A DNA stretch of 64,000 nucleotides, from positions 1,440 through 65,439 of the forward strand of contig CAZTZA010000004.1 of assembly GCA_964618015.1 (NCBI GenBank), given 5' to 3'. The stretch's first letter is position 1, and the number at the start of each line of letters is the position of its first letter. The translations under genes and the position numbers were made by a program. The notes below the pieces were generated by a model. It searched no databases, was not told the DNA's origin, and was given only the letters and a program-made list of their open reading frames with translations. Origin of the DNA: an uncultured Spirochaetaceae bacterium (GTDB lineage Bacteria; Spirochaetota; Spirochaetia; SZUA-6; Bin103). Of this stretch, positions 45,302-54,571 are shown piece after piece.

Positions 45302-47198
45302 GCTTTGGAGCGACAGAAGAAAGGCCAAGGTTAACATCGCAAAAGCAGATATCCGGCCTCGCTTAGCCTCTATAGGATCTACGACTAATGAGGAAGAAGT
45401 TATATTCGGCGCTGCTTTTGACGGCAGGATAGTGCGTCGTTTTATGCAATTTGTAATTCCATATAGGAAAAGGTTATTTGTAGGCCTTGCATTTGTGATG
45501 CTCTTCACGGCTACACAACTCTCGATTCCTTTGATCGTGAGTAATACGTTCCAGTACTTGGCGGGCTTCGGAGAATCTGCTTTCGATCTGCTGAAAGTTG
45601 TTGTGCTCGTGTTCTTAGGCGTGATTGCCTTGAATTTTGTCGCTAACGTCATGCAGGAGGGAGTGGTTGCGCGCGCGGGCGAACGAGTATTGTTCGACCT
45701 GCGACGCTCTATGTATCGTCATCTACAGCGCGTGGCCTTATCCTTTATGGATCGCACCGAGTCGGGTCGGCTGATGTCGCGGTTGCAGGGTGACGTCTAT
45801 GCGCTTCAAGAATTTCTAGAATCATCAGTATTCGCAGTAGGAGATTTAGTTCTGCTACTTGGTATCATGACAGTGCTGGTAGTTATGGACTGGCAACTTG
45901 GTCTATTGGCGTTGGCAGTGGTACCAGCGCTAGTCATCCTTCGTTTGGTATGGCTGCCCTACGCGAAACGAGCGTTTTTAAAGGCGCGTCAAACTTCGTC
46001 CATCACCAATGGAGCAATAGCTGAGGCGATTAACGGTGTGCGCACCGTGCAGGAGACAAGCCGAGAGGAAATCAACTTAGAACTTTTTCGCGAAAAGGCT
46101 CGCGACAATCTCACCGCCCATGGTCGAGCAGTATTAATCGCACAGATGAGTGTGCCAATCGTTGATACTGTCACCGGGATAGCCACCGGGATCATCGTCT
46201 ATGTGGGAGGATCCATGGTATTTGGTAAAGGGCTTGATCTGGGCATACTGATTGCATTTTTGATCTACATCCAACAGTTTTTCCAACCGATCCGCTCGGT
46301 GACCCTGCAGCTTAGCGTGATGCAAAGGGCTATGGCGGCTGGGCAACGGATCTTCGAGGTATTGGACGTACCGATCGACATTCAGGATAAGCCTGGTGCG
46401 CTTGATCTAGGTGTCGGCGATGCATCAATCGAGTTCTGTGGCGTCACTTTTGGATACCGGTCCGATCAACCGGTACTTCGGGATATTAATTTTCTTGCTC
46501 GTCCAGGGGAGACGGTTGCGCTGGTCGGGCCAACTGGCTCAGGAAAAACTAGCATTACTGCACTAGCACATCGATTCTATGATGTGTGGGAGGGCAAGGT
46601 GTTGGTGGGGGGGCACGACGTCAGAAATGTGACCCAGGATTCGCTTGGTCGTCAAATTGGCATGGTCCTGCAGGATCCGTTCCTATTTTCTGGCACCATC
46701 GAAGAAAATATTCGCTACAATAAGTCTAACGTCACGCACGATCAGATCCGAGAGGCAGCGTGTAACGTTGGCGCGCACGGATTCATTATGCGCTTGCCTG
46801 CGGGTTACGAGACTGAGGTTGAAGAGCGAGGCGGGAACCTTTCGCTTGGGCAGCGGCAACTTATTAGCATTGCTCGTGCCTTGGTAGCTGACACCGAGAT
46901 ACTAGTACTCGACGAAGCGACAGCTAATATAGACAGCTACACTGAAATGATGATTCAGAAAGCTTTATCCCGACTGCTTTTGGGCCGGACTGGACTCGTA
47001 ATTGCTCATCGTTTAGCTACTATCCGTGGTGCCGACCGCATTTTGGTTTTACAGGAAGGTAAGATTGTCGAGCGAGGCACTCATCCCGAGTTAATGGAGC
47101 AAGGAGGGCTCTATGCCCGGCTTTATTCTTTCAACTATTCGTCGTTTGATGATATCCCTGATCATTTAGTCGACGCGGCTATCAAATCCACAACGTAA
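45291..47198 (+). CDS. ABC exporter, fused transmembrane and ATP-binding domains, subunit 2 (heterodimer partner)
   Basis: Walker A 'GPTGSGKTS', signature 'LSLGQRQL' and Walker B 'ILVLDEATAN'. 11-nt overlap with subunit 1. Confidence 0.85.
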   Translation: MPNRLWSDRRKAKVNIAKADIRPRLASIGSTTNEEEVIFGAAFDGRIVRRFMQFVIPYRKRLFVGLAFVMLFTATQLSIPLIVSNTFQYLAGFGESAFDLLKVVVLVFLGVIALNFVANVMQEGVVARAGERVLFDLRRSMYRHLQRVALSFMDRTESGRLMSRLQGDVYALQEFLESSVFAVGDLVLLLGIMTVLVVMDWQLGLLALAVVPALVILRLVWLPYAKRAFLKARQTSSITNGAIAEAINGVRTVQETSREEINLELFREKARDNLTAHGRAVLIAQMSVPIVDTVTGIATGIIVYVGGSMVFGKGLDLGILIAFLIYIQQFFQPIRSVTLQLSVMQRAMAAGQRIFEVLDVPIDIQDKPGALDLGVGDASIEFCGVTFGYRSDQPVLRDINFLARPGETVALVGPTGSGKTSITALAHRFYDVWEGKVLVGGHDVRNVTQDSLGRQIGMVLQDPFLFSGTIEENIRYNKSNVTHDQIREAACNVGAHGFIMRLPAGYETEVEERGGNLSLGQRQLISIARALVADTEILVLDEATANIDSYTEMMIQKALSRLLLGRTGLVIAHRLATIRGADRILVLQEGKIVERGTHPELMEQGGLYARLYSFNYSSFDDIPDHLVDAAIKSTT

Positions 47199-47309
47199 GC
47201 TGAATGTCTGCCGACTCGGGATGGTGGCTGAATTTAAATATACAGCACTATATCAATTTTCATCTTGGAGGCGGTAATTGGTAGAGCCATTGATAGTTAT
47301 CTTGGGCTA

Positions 47310-47897
47310 TTATCCGTTATCTCTTTTGATTATGTCCGCAATAACACGCCAGTAGAGGTCATGCTCGACGGCGGTAGCACGTCGTTGCAGTGACTCCGCA
47401 GTATCGTCTACCCGAACTTTTACCTTTCGAGAGGCTATAACCGGTCCCTGATCGTAGTCGGCAGTGACGTAGTGGACGCAGACCTTACTCGACTGAAGGC
47501 CCGCAGCAAGCACTGCTCGGTGAGGCTCAAGGCCGTACATCCCGCTTCCTCCAAATTTAGGCAACGGAGCTGGATGAATGTTGACGATAGAGCCGCGAAA
47601 ACGCTGGATGATCCGATCTGGGATTAACTTCAAGAATCCAGCTAATACAATCAGCTTTATTTCATGGTTTTCGAGATGGGTGAGCATTGTCTTGCAGTAG
47701 GCATCCGGATCGGGATGAGTTACTGATGACAGGTGTATCACTGGGATTCTGTGTTGGCTTGCGACATTAATTGCGCCGCTGTCACTATTATTGGTAAGGA
47801 CGAAGGCGATTCGAGCCGGCAGCTCGCCATCATCTATGCGTGAAGCGATAATATCTAAATTACTACCACGTCCCGAAGCGAACACTGCTAAGTTCAT
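47310..47897 (-). CDS. purN: Phosphoribosylglycinamide formyltransferase PurN
   Basis: 'LAVFASGRGSNLDIIA' matches PurN 'VVLISGNGSNLQAII', plus the formyl-transferase 'HPAPLP' region. Confidence 0.85.
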   Translation of the reverse strand: MNLAVFASGRGSNLDIIASRIDDGELPARIAFVLTNNSDSGAINVASQHRIPVIHLSSVTHPDPDAYCKTMLTHLENHEIKLIVLAGFLKLIPDRIIQRFRGSIVNIHPAPLPKFGGSGMYGLEPHRAVLAAGLQSSKVCVHYVTADYDQGPVIASRKVKVRVDDTAESLQRRATAVEHDLYWRVIADIIKRDNG

Positions 47898-48643
47898 GTA
47901 ATTTTATAAGATGACACGGACAGCTTCCAGGTTCATCTTACCGATGAGGAGCAGTCGGTATGCAGCGTTCAATAGATTTTGATGGCAGGTGGTTGAGCGA
48001 AAGGTGAACTTGTGATGCCCATTTGTGCCGGGCACTGAATGACGAAAGGGGCTCCACGCTGCGTGACGGAGCAGTTGATCAATGTAGTGCCCGAATTGTG
48101 CCGACTGCGAGTACTGTACTCTCAAAGTAGTGACCATAATGATACACTTTCTATGCATTATCCGGTGTTAGAACATATAGAGTAGGTTCGGCCACAAATA
48201 GTATCTTCTCCTAGACGACTGATACATATTTTGTTATTGACTGTATCAAGTATTAGAGAGATTGTGACTCGCTCTCCACATTACGGTTTCTAATTACCAT
48301 GCCACGCTAAACTATTTATCACATATAGCTTTTCAGATAGGAGTTAATTGTTCTAACAGTATTTAACTTTGATGAGAACATTTATTAAGCGACCGTTGCG
48401 ACCGTGTCGTGTGAGAAGAAATCTATTCCATGATCGAGGAGACCGTAGACTAGTCCAGATGGATAGGGTAAGGAGTTGTTTGGACATGAACTATAGGCCA
48501 GAGATAATTAGGGTGAGCCGTATTGGGAGCACGATTGACGACAAGAAAGGGCCTTGGTCGAAGAATCAGCTTTCTGCCGCTCATATCTCGACCGACCGGG
48601 ATATCTCTTGTCTCCCTTGCGTAGCCAGCTGTAGCTTGAGTTG

Positions 48644-49657
48644 ATGCCGCATTCGCTGACAACAATCCGACCGCGCCGTAATCGAAAAAATGACGGTATT
48701 AGACGACTAGTTCGACAGACTGTTGTCCAGCCTGATGATCTGGTCCTGCCGTTGTTCGTCGTCGAGGGCTCGGTAGTTCGCGATCCGATCGCAGCCATGC
48801 CAGGCCAGTATCGCTTTTCGATCGACATGCTGATTGTGGAAGCAGGTAAGGCATTCTCTGCTGGTATTCCTGCGGTAGCTTTATTCCCAGCCGTTTCACA
48901 TAAACAGAAGGACCCTCTTGCTCGTGAAGGCCTTAACCCGAACGGACTAGTGCCGCGAGCTATTCGTGCTTTAAAGCATGCTCATCCGGAACTTTTGGTA
49001 ATAACCGATGTAGCGATGGATCCCTACTCTAGCGATGGTCACGATGGGGTGTTGATTGATGGGCGTGTAGACAACGATCAGACGTTGCCGATCTTATCTG
49101 AGATGGCGCTCTGCCAGGCGGAATCTGGCGCTGATATAGTGGCGCCATCAGACATGATGGACGGGCGTGTTCATTATATCCGTGATGCCTTAGACCGTGC
49201 CGGCCATACGGAAGTTGGAATTCTCTCTTACTCGGCCAAATATGCTTCATGTTTCTATGGACCTTTTCGCTCAGCGCTGGACTCCGCTCCCCGTTCTGGT
49301 GACAAGAAGACTTATCAGGTTGATCCGGCCAACAGCCGGGACGCGTTGCGTGAAGTGATTCTAGACGTCGAGGAGGGCGCGGATATCGTCATGGTCAAGC
49401 CAGCGATGCCCTACCTTGATGTAGTTGCAGCAGTCCGAAGTACCGTTGAGGTACCAGTAGCTGCGTACCAGGTTTCGGGTGAATACGCAATGATTACAGC
49501 TGCCGCAGCTGCTGGTTGGATCGACGGTGAGAAGGCGATGGTTGAATCAATTACTTCGATCAAACGAGCTGGAGCGGATATCGTTCTGACTTACTTCGCA
49601 GTCAAGATGGCTCGTTATTGTCAGGATAATCCAGGGATGGGGCAGAACGATGGCTGA
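48644..49657 (+). CDS. hemB: Porphobilinogen synthase (δ-aminolevulinate dehydratase) HemB
   Basis: 'RPRRNRK' N-terminal motif, and active-site lysine regions 'VMVKPAMPYLD' and 'AYQVSGEY'. Confidence 0.9.
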   Translation: MPHSLTTIRPRRNRKNDGIRRLVRQTVVQPDDLVLPLFVVEGSVVRDPIAAMPGQYRFSIDMLIVEAGKAFSAGIPAVALFPAVSHKQKDPLAREGLNPNGLVPRAIRALKHAHPELLVITDVAMDPYSSDGHDGVLIDGRVDNDQTLPILSEMALCQAESGADIVAPSDMMDGRVHYIRDALDRAGHTEVGILSYSAKYASCFYGPFRSALDSAPRSGDKKTYQVDPANSRDALREVILDVEEGADIVMVKPAMPYLDVVAAVRSTVEVPVAAYQVSGEYAMITAAAAAGWIDGEKAMVESITSIKRAGADIVLTYFAVKMARYCQDNPGMGQNDG

Positions 49658-50273
49658 GCTTCTGCCACTATTCCCACTCAATACAGTGCTATTCCCGCAC
49701 GCGGCTCTACCTCTCCATATTTTCGAGGAGCGTTACAAGGAGATGATAGGAGAAGTAATCACGGGCAAAAGCGAGTTCGGCGTGCTTTGTGATGATGCCG
49801 ACACGGTCCCCAAAGTTGGGTGTACCGCCAAAGTGGTGAAGGAGATTCAACGTTACGATGATGGTCGAATGAACATCCTCACCGTCGGCCTCCGCCGCTT
49901 CCAGATTATCCGTCTTCAGCAAGATAAAACCTACCTGCAGGGTGAGGTTCATTTCTTCATGGACGAGCCTATTGACGAACGGCAAGAGCTCAAAGCTCGG
50001 TGTCTGCAACTATTTCAGGATTTGTATGAGTCGACGCCTGGACATATACCATTTGCAGATCTGGAGACAGTATCCACTGAGGAGGTATCTTTTTTTATCG
50101 CCTATTACAGTGATTTTCCTCTGGAAAAGAAACAGCGTTTACTTGAGCTTACCAATGCTGAGGAGCGCCTAGTTGTTGAGGAGGAAGCGCTGCATGAACG
50201 CTTGGATGGGCAGCGTGAGCAGCGCGGGAGACGTCAAATTCTTGAAAGCAACGGCCATTTCCCCCGAACGTAG
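49650..50273 (+). CDS. Lon N-terminal (LON substrate-binding, PUA-like) domain protein, stand-alone
   Basis: 'LPLFPLNTVLFPHAALPLHIFEERYKEMI' is the canonical Lon N-domain start. Overlaps the hemB stop by 8 nt. Confidence 0.7.
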   Translation: MAELLPLFPLNTVLFPHAALPLHIFEERYKEMIGEVITGKSEFGVLCDDADTVPKVGCTAKVVKEIQRYDDGRMNILTVGLRRFQIIRLQQDKTYLQGEVHFFMDEPIDERQELKARCLQLFQDLYESTPGHIPFADLETVSTEEVSFFIAYYSDFPLEKKQRLLELTNAEERLVVEEEALHERLDGQREQRGRRQILESNGHFPRT

Positions 50274-50384
50274 GTAGCAAAACTGACTTGGTCTTCAATC
50301 ATGTCGGAAGCATAACTTCTATCCCATAGAGATGAATTCTATTTACGTAATACTGATCAGAGTTTGCCGTGCTACCGTAGTGTC

Positions 50385-51404
50385 ATGACTGATAAACACA
50401 TTGCTAATCAGTACCGTAGTTCGATCATTATTGATGCCTTGAACGTCAGCAACTGGGATAGTGATTTGGTGTTCACTGATCTGTCTGCAGGTGGGCTAAC
50501 CGCCACCAGTGCTACAGTTGCAACTTGGGAAGGGTTCAAAGAGACTGTTGACGCCCTGACCATCTGGTACGATCGCTTTCGTCAGCGCTCAGAGCAGATT
50601 CGCCCTGTGCGGTCGGTCTCAGACATTCATTCCGCTAAAAACGAGGGTCGAGTTGGGATCATCCTGAGCTTTCAGAACGCCAGCCCGATCGAGAATGACT
50701 TGCGCCGGCTTGAATTATTCGCTGACTTAGGAGTTCGCATTATTCAAGTTACCTATCATGAACAGAATCTCCTTGGTGCCGGCTGTTACGAGGCCCATGA
50801 CGCCGGGCTGACTAACTTCGGTCGTGATGCGATACGCGAAATGAACCGACTCGGGATTCTAGCTGACTTGTCCCATGTCGGCCCACAAACTACCCTTGAT
50901 GTGATCGAGCACTCGGAACAGCCAGTGGCGATTACCCATGCTAACTGTCGCAGTTACTACGATGTACCGCGTAATAAGACCGACGAAGCTGTGCGTGCGT
51001 GTGCAGCACGAGGAGGAGTAATTGGTGCTACGGCTATAACCAGTTTTCTGTCTACAGGTGAGGACTCGACTGTCGACGACCTGGTAGACGCGATCGATGA
51101 TTTAGTGGAACGGGTTGGCATCGATCATGTTGGCTTTGGATCGGACTTTACTCAAGATCAGTCACAAGAGTTTTGGCATTACATTTCTTCTCAGCAGGGG
51201 ACAAAATTCCCTTCAACATTTGCAAATGCCGACATGAATTTCATGGAAATGCAGATGTATCCGCAAGGGCTTGAGACTCCGCGAGAGCTGGGTAATCTTG
51301 CCAGGTGCTTAGCTGGGCGAGGCTACGCTGATACGGATATATCCAAGGTGCTTGGCGGCAACTGGATGAATTTATTTGAGGAGGTGTGGAATGGAGACAC
51401 GTAA
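50385..51404 (+). CDS. Membrane dipeptidase, peptidase family M19
   Basis: 'IIDALN' N-terminal motif, and 'DHVGFGSDF' and 'ADLSHVG' metal-binding regions. ATG at 50385 within the longer TTG-initiated ORF from 50364. Confidence 0.75.
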   Translation: MTDKHIANQYRSSIIIDALNVSNWDSDLVFTDLSAGGLTATSATVATWEGFKETVDALTIWYDRFRQRSEQIRPVRSVSDIHSAKNEGRVGIILSFQNASPIENDLRRLELFADLGVRIIQVTYHEQNLLGAGCYEAHDAGLTNFGRDAIREMNRLGILADLSHVGPQTTLDVIEHSEQPVAITHANCRSYYDVPRNKTDEAVRACAARGGVIGATAITSFLSTGEDSTVDDLVDAIDDLVERVGIDHVGFGSDFTQDQSQEFWHYISSQQGTKFPSTFANADMNFMEMQMYPQGLETPRELGNLARCLAGRGYADTDISKVLGGNWMNLFEEVWNGDT

Positions 51405-52290
51405 ACTCGGGACCACTGATCTGACGGTAAGCCGCCTTGGTTTCGGATTGTTCGAGATTAGCACACTCGAATCTGATACAGATGCGGCTGTGTTGCTTCA
51501 TGCAGCGCTCGATTCTGGAATAAATTTTCTAGATACCGCTGCCTGCTATGGAGATAGCGAAGAGAAGATAGGAAAAGCGGTGTCAGAAAGGCGTAATGAA
51601 TTCGTGCTTGCTTCTAAGTGTGGCCACGAGGTGGGTGATGCAAAATATGGCACTTGGACGACCTCGACTATCACCGCAAGTATCGAGCAGAGTCTTCGTC
51701 GGCTAAAAACAGATCACTTGGACTTGCTTCAGCTACACTCCTGTTCGCTAGAGATACTGGAACAAGGAGATGCAATTCAGGCGATGGAGGCAGCGCAGCG
51801 GTCGGGGAAGACTCGTTATATCGGCTACTCCGGCGACAACGAGGCAGCGATGTGGGCAGTCGAAAGTGGTCGGTTCTGCACTCTGCAGACCAGCTTCAAC
51901 GTTGTCGAGCAGCGAGCCCGGACTAGCGGACTGTTAGCGGCTGCCAGGGCACGTGGCATGGGTGTTATAGCTAAACGACCGATCGCGAATGGCAGTTTCG
52001 GTACGGATATTAGCCCTCTCCCATATGCTGATACTTATTTCAAGCGTGGGCGTATGGTGCTACATGAGGGTGATCTGCCAGACGCTCCGCCGGATCGCAT
52101 CGAGTTGTGTTTAGCTTTTACCTTAGGGCAGCCGGAGATTGATGTTGCCATCGCTGGGACATGTAACGTGGACCACATGCGCTCTAATAGTGCCTTGGTA
52201 CGAAACGGACTTTCACTATCAGGCAACCTCAGATCTGAGCTCCAACGTCGTTTTGAGCTTCTGGATGACGACTGGTTTCAACAGCTGTAG
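51391..52290 (+). CDS. Aldo/keto reductase
   Basis: 'RKLGTTDLTVSRLGFG' AKR N-terminus and 'IGYSG' motifs. GAGGAGG RBS upstream of the ATG at 51391. Confidence 0.8.
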   Translation: METRKLGTTDLTVSRLGFGLFEISTLESDTDAAVLLHAALDSGINFLDTAACYGDSEEKIGKAVSERRNEFVLASKCGHEVGDAKYGTWTTSTITASIEQSLRRLKTDHLDLLQLHSCSLEILEQGDAIQAMEAAQRSGKTRYIGYSGDNEAAMWAVESGRFCTLQTSFNVVEQRARTSGLLAAARARGMGVIAKRPIANGSFGTDISPLPYADTYFKRGRMVLHEGDLPDAPPDRIELCLAFTLGQPEIDVAIAGTCNVDHMRSNSALVRNGLSLSGNLRSELQRRFELLDDDWFQQL

Positions 52291-52305
52291 GTTACGTTCG
52301 CTACG

Positions 52306-53472
52306 CTACAGTTCAGTCTCAAGGACCGTATATGTCTTAGACGGCAGTCCATTCATCATCTTAACCATATTCAGAACCGGGGTGTTGTTTTCCAGTACAT
52401 ATCCGATGTCGCAATATTCGTAACCCTGCTGTTGCGTGTAGAGCTTCTGCTTCCAGAGTAGTAGCCCTTCCAATCCACGGTTGCGAAACTTTTTCTTCAC
52501 GCCAAGGTAGCCGAGTCGAAGTCCTTTAATTCTATGCTTGGTCAGAAGCATTCGTGCTGCTCGGCATAGTTCAAAGCGCGGCCAAAGTCGTGATGGATGC
52601 ATCTGGTCAAGGATGTTTGGCACCCCTCCAAAGAAGGCAGCAGCTTCGCCTTCCCAATAGGCGATAGAGAATTGGCCCCGATCAACGATGAGCTTCTCGG
52701 CCTCCACTACTTTGTAGAATTCCTCAGCGCGATACGGCACGAAGCCCCAGTTGTCGTTCCAGGCATCGTTGTAAATTTCGAGCATCTCTCGCTTGCGTTC
52801 CTCAAGAGGGCGCTCGCTCCAGGTCTCAAAGACTACATTTCCACGTTTCTGCACGATTTCGGCTACTCGCTGGAGCTTAGCCTCCATCGGGACGTGCACC
52901 TGGACTTCCCAAGAAAGCATTTTTTTCACTGGATGCATCCCAGCGGCTATCAATAGATCATGATAATACGGCTTATTGTAATGATAGTAGATGACTGGAC
53001 GCGAATCGAATCCATCGGTCAGCACCCCTGGTGTAGCCTGGTTCACAGGCAAGTTTTGAGGTCCGCGCATAGTATTCATGCCGTGTTCGCGTAACCAGTC
53101 ACCTGCTGCGCGTAGCAGGCCGGCAGAGACTTCTTCGTTCTCGATTGACTCGAAACAGCCGAAGAAACCAGTTTGCTCTTTCCAGTGCTGGTTATGGTCC
53201 TCATTAATGAAGGCGATGCAGCGTCCAACTATCTGTTCTTGATCGTCATGCGCTAGAAAGAAGGCTATGGTGGCATGCTCTAGAAAAAGCGATCGGGCTT
53301 CAAAATAGCCGTCAATGCCCAACAATCGAAACCCCAAGTATTCGTAATCTAGTAGCGGAATATACTGTTGATCATCGCGGTAATGGCTCCAGTGGAAGCC
53401 GACGAAGGCGCGTAGTTTGGAGCGCACGTCCTTATCCTCGTGGGAGAACCGCGTAACTTTTATCCTGCTCAC
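52306..53472 (-). CDS. GNAT-fold acyltransferase-like protein (long, ~388 aa)
   Basis: C-terminal CoA-binding motif 'LGVKKKFRNRGLEGLLL' (Q/RxxGxG/A). Confidence 0.5.
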   Translation of the reverse strand: MSRIKVTRFSHEDKDVRSKLRAFVGFHWSHYRDDQQYIPLLDYEYLGFRLLGIDGYFEARSLFLEHATIAFFLAHDDQEQIVGRCIAFINEDHNQHWKEQTGFFGCFESIENEEVSAGLLRAAGDWLREHGMNTMRGPQNLPVNQATPGVLTDGFDSRPVIYYHYNKPYYHDLLIAAGMHPVKKMLSWEVQVHVPMEAKLQRVAEIVQKRGNVVFETWSERPLEERKREMLEIYNDAWNDNWGFVPYRAEEFYKVVEAEKLIVDRGQFSIAYWEGEAAAFFGGVPNILDQMHPSRLWPRFELCRAARMLLTKHRIKGLRLGYLGVKKKFRNRGLEGLLLWKQKLYTQQQGYEYCDIGYVLENNTPVLNMVKMMNGLPSKTYTVLETEL

Positions 53473-53530
53473 CCGTCGGATCGTTATAGGCGAATGGCTG
53501 GCACTAGTTCAAGTCGTTATCATCATTGAT

Positions 53531-54571
53531 ATGTTCCGAGTTGCCGTTGCAAAGGATCTTACTCTTTCAGATGGTAGTCGATTAAAGATCGATCTATTGT
53601 ACCGCCCGGTTGCGCCTCCTGACCGGCTACGGGTGACTGATTTGTTAGGTGCCGAATGGGAACGGACTGATGCTGACTGGATTGCATCGCTACGTGGAAT
53701 TTACGCAGACAGTCTTTCTTCGGTGACTGCCGTTGCTCGCTGTGGAGACTATGACGTGGGGACTGCTACAACCTCCTTTTCGGTGGATCATCCAGAGATT
53801 GCTGTTATTGAAAACGTCACTACCGTCACCAAGTATCGGAGGAGAGGGATAGCTGCAGCGCTTACGGAGACATTGGTGCATCTTGCTTTTGATGCTGGTT
53901 GTCGTTTGTGCTTCCTAGGTAACGCTAACCGTTTGGGCAGACAATCCGTATACGAACGAATTGGATTCTCGCGGCTACGATCAAGTTCAATTCTGCGTCG
54001 CGCAGCTCAAGGATTTGAGGATTATGAGAAGGACCTTTATGGCACAGGGCAGCAGACTTCGGTTCGGCTGGCACGCTGGGGTGACCTGCCTGGAGTGGCA
54101 GCACTGGTGGCCCAGCCACTCGACACTTTTATGGCCGACTATCAGCGTGGTATTGGGAGTATCACGTTTGTTGAGCCAACTCGGTGCGTTTCTGCTTTTA
54201 CTTCAATCTGGTATGACACGCAGGCTAGAGGCGGTATTATGCGCGTGCTAACTGGTGACACAACAAGCCGTGTACTCGGTTTTGGCACAGTCGCTCCGGG
54301 ACCGGCGCCGCTGAGGCACTCCGTCGTTGTCATCGACTTAGTCACTCACGATACCTACTCTGAAGATTCTGTCATGCTATTGGCTTCGTTAACTGATGAC
54401 GGCCATCGGTTGGGTGCTCAGCGAGCTGTGGCGTACTTGGCAGTGCGCGACAGGGTCAAACGAGAGCTGTTCCTATCTAACGGCTATCGGGTGATAGGAT
54501 CTTTGCCGCAGGAATTAACAATGGGTAGCAACCAAATAGACGTAGATATTTTGGAGTATTCCTATGGCTGA
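53531..54571 (+). CDS. GNAT family N-acetyltransferase, two-domain (MshD/Eis-like architecture)
   Basis: Motif A 'YRRRGIAAALTETLVHLAFDAGC' in the N-terminal half and a second GNAT-like half. ATG at 53531 chosen because the longer ORF overlaps the divergent gene. Confidence 0.55.
   Translation: MFRVAVAKDLTLSDGSRLKIDLLYRPVAPPDRLRVTDLLGAEWERTDADWIASLRGIYADSLSSVTAVARCGDYDVGTATTSFSVDHPEIAVIENVTTVTKYRRRGIAAALTETLVHLAFDAGCRLCFLGNANRLGRQSVYERIGFSRLRSSSILRRAAQGFEDYEKDLYGTGQQTSVRLARWGDLPGVAALVAQPLDTFMADYQRGIGSITFVEPTRCVSAFTSIWYDTQARGGIMRVLTGDTTSRVLGFGTVAPGPAPLRHSVVVIDLVTHDTYSEDSVMLLASLTDDGHRLGAQRAVAYLAVRDRVKRELFLSNGYRVIGSLPQELTMGSNQIDVDILEYSYG

Noticed and set aside
47898-48160. Possible ZTP (pfl) riboswitch in the purN leader
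   Set aside because: I compared against the conserved ZTP blocks as I recall them (GGGUCGUGAC...CCGCCUGGGCA) and found no convincing match. Only generic stem potential is present, so no riboswitch class is called.
48369-48644. 91-aa Arg-rich ORF upstream of hemB
   Set aside because: Composition is not protein-like (runs of R; no hydrophobic core). More likely untranslated leader or promoter sequence. Kept only as part of the intergenic finding.
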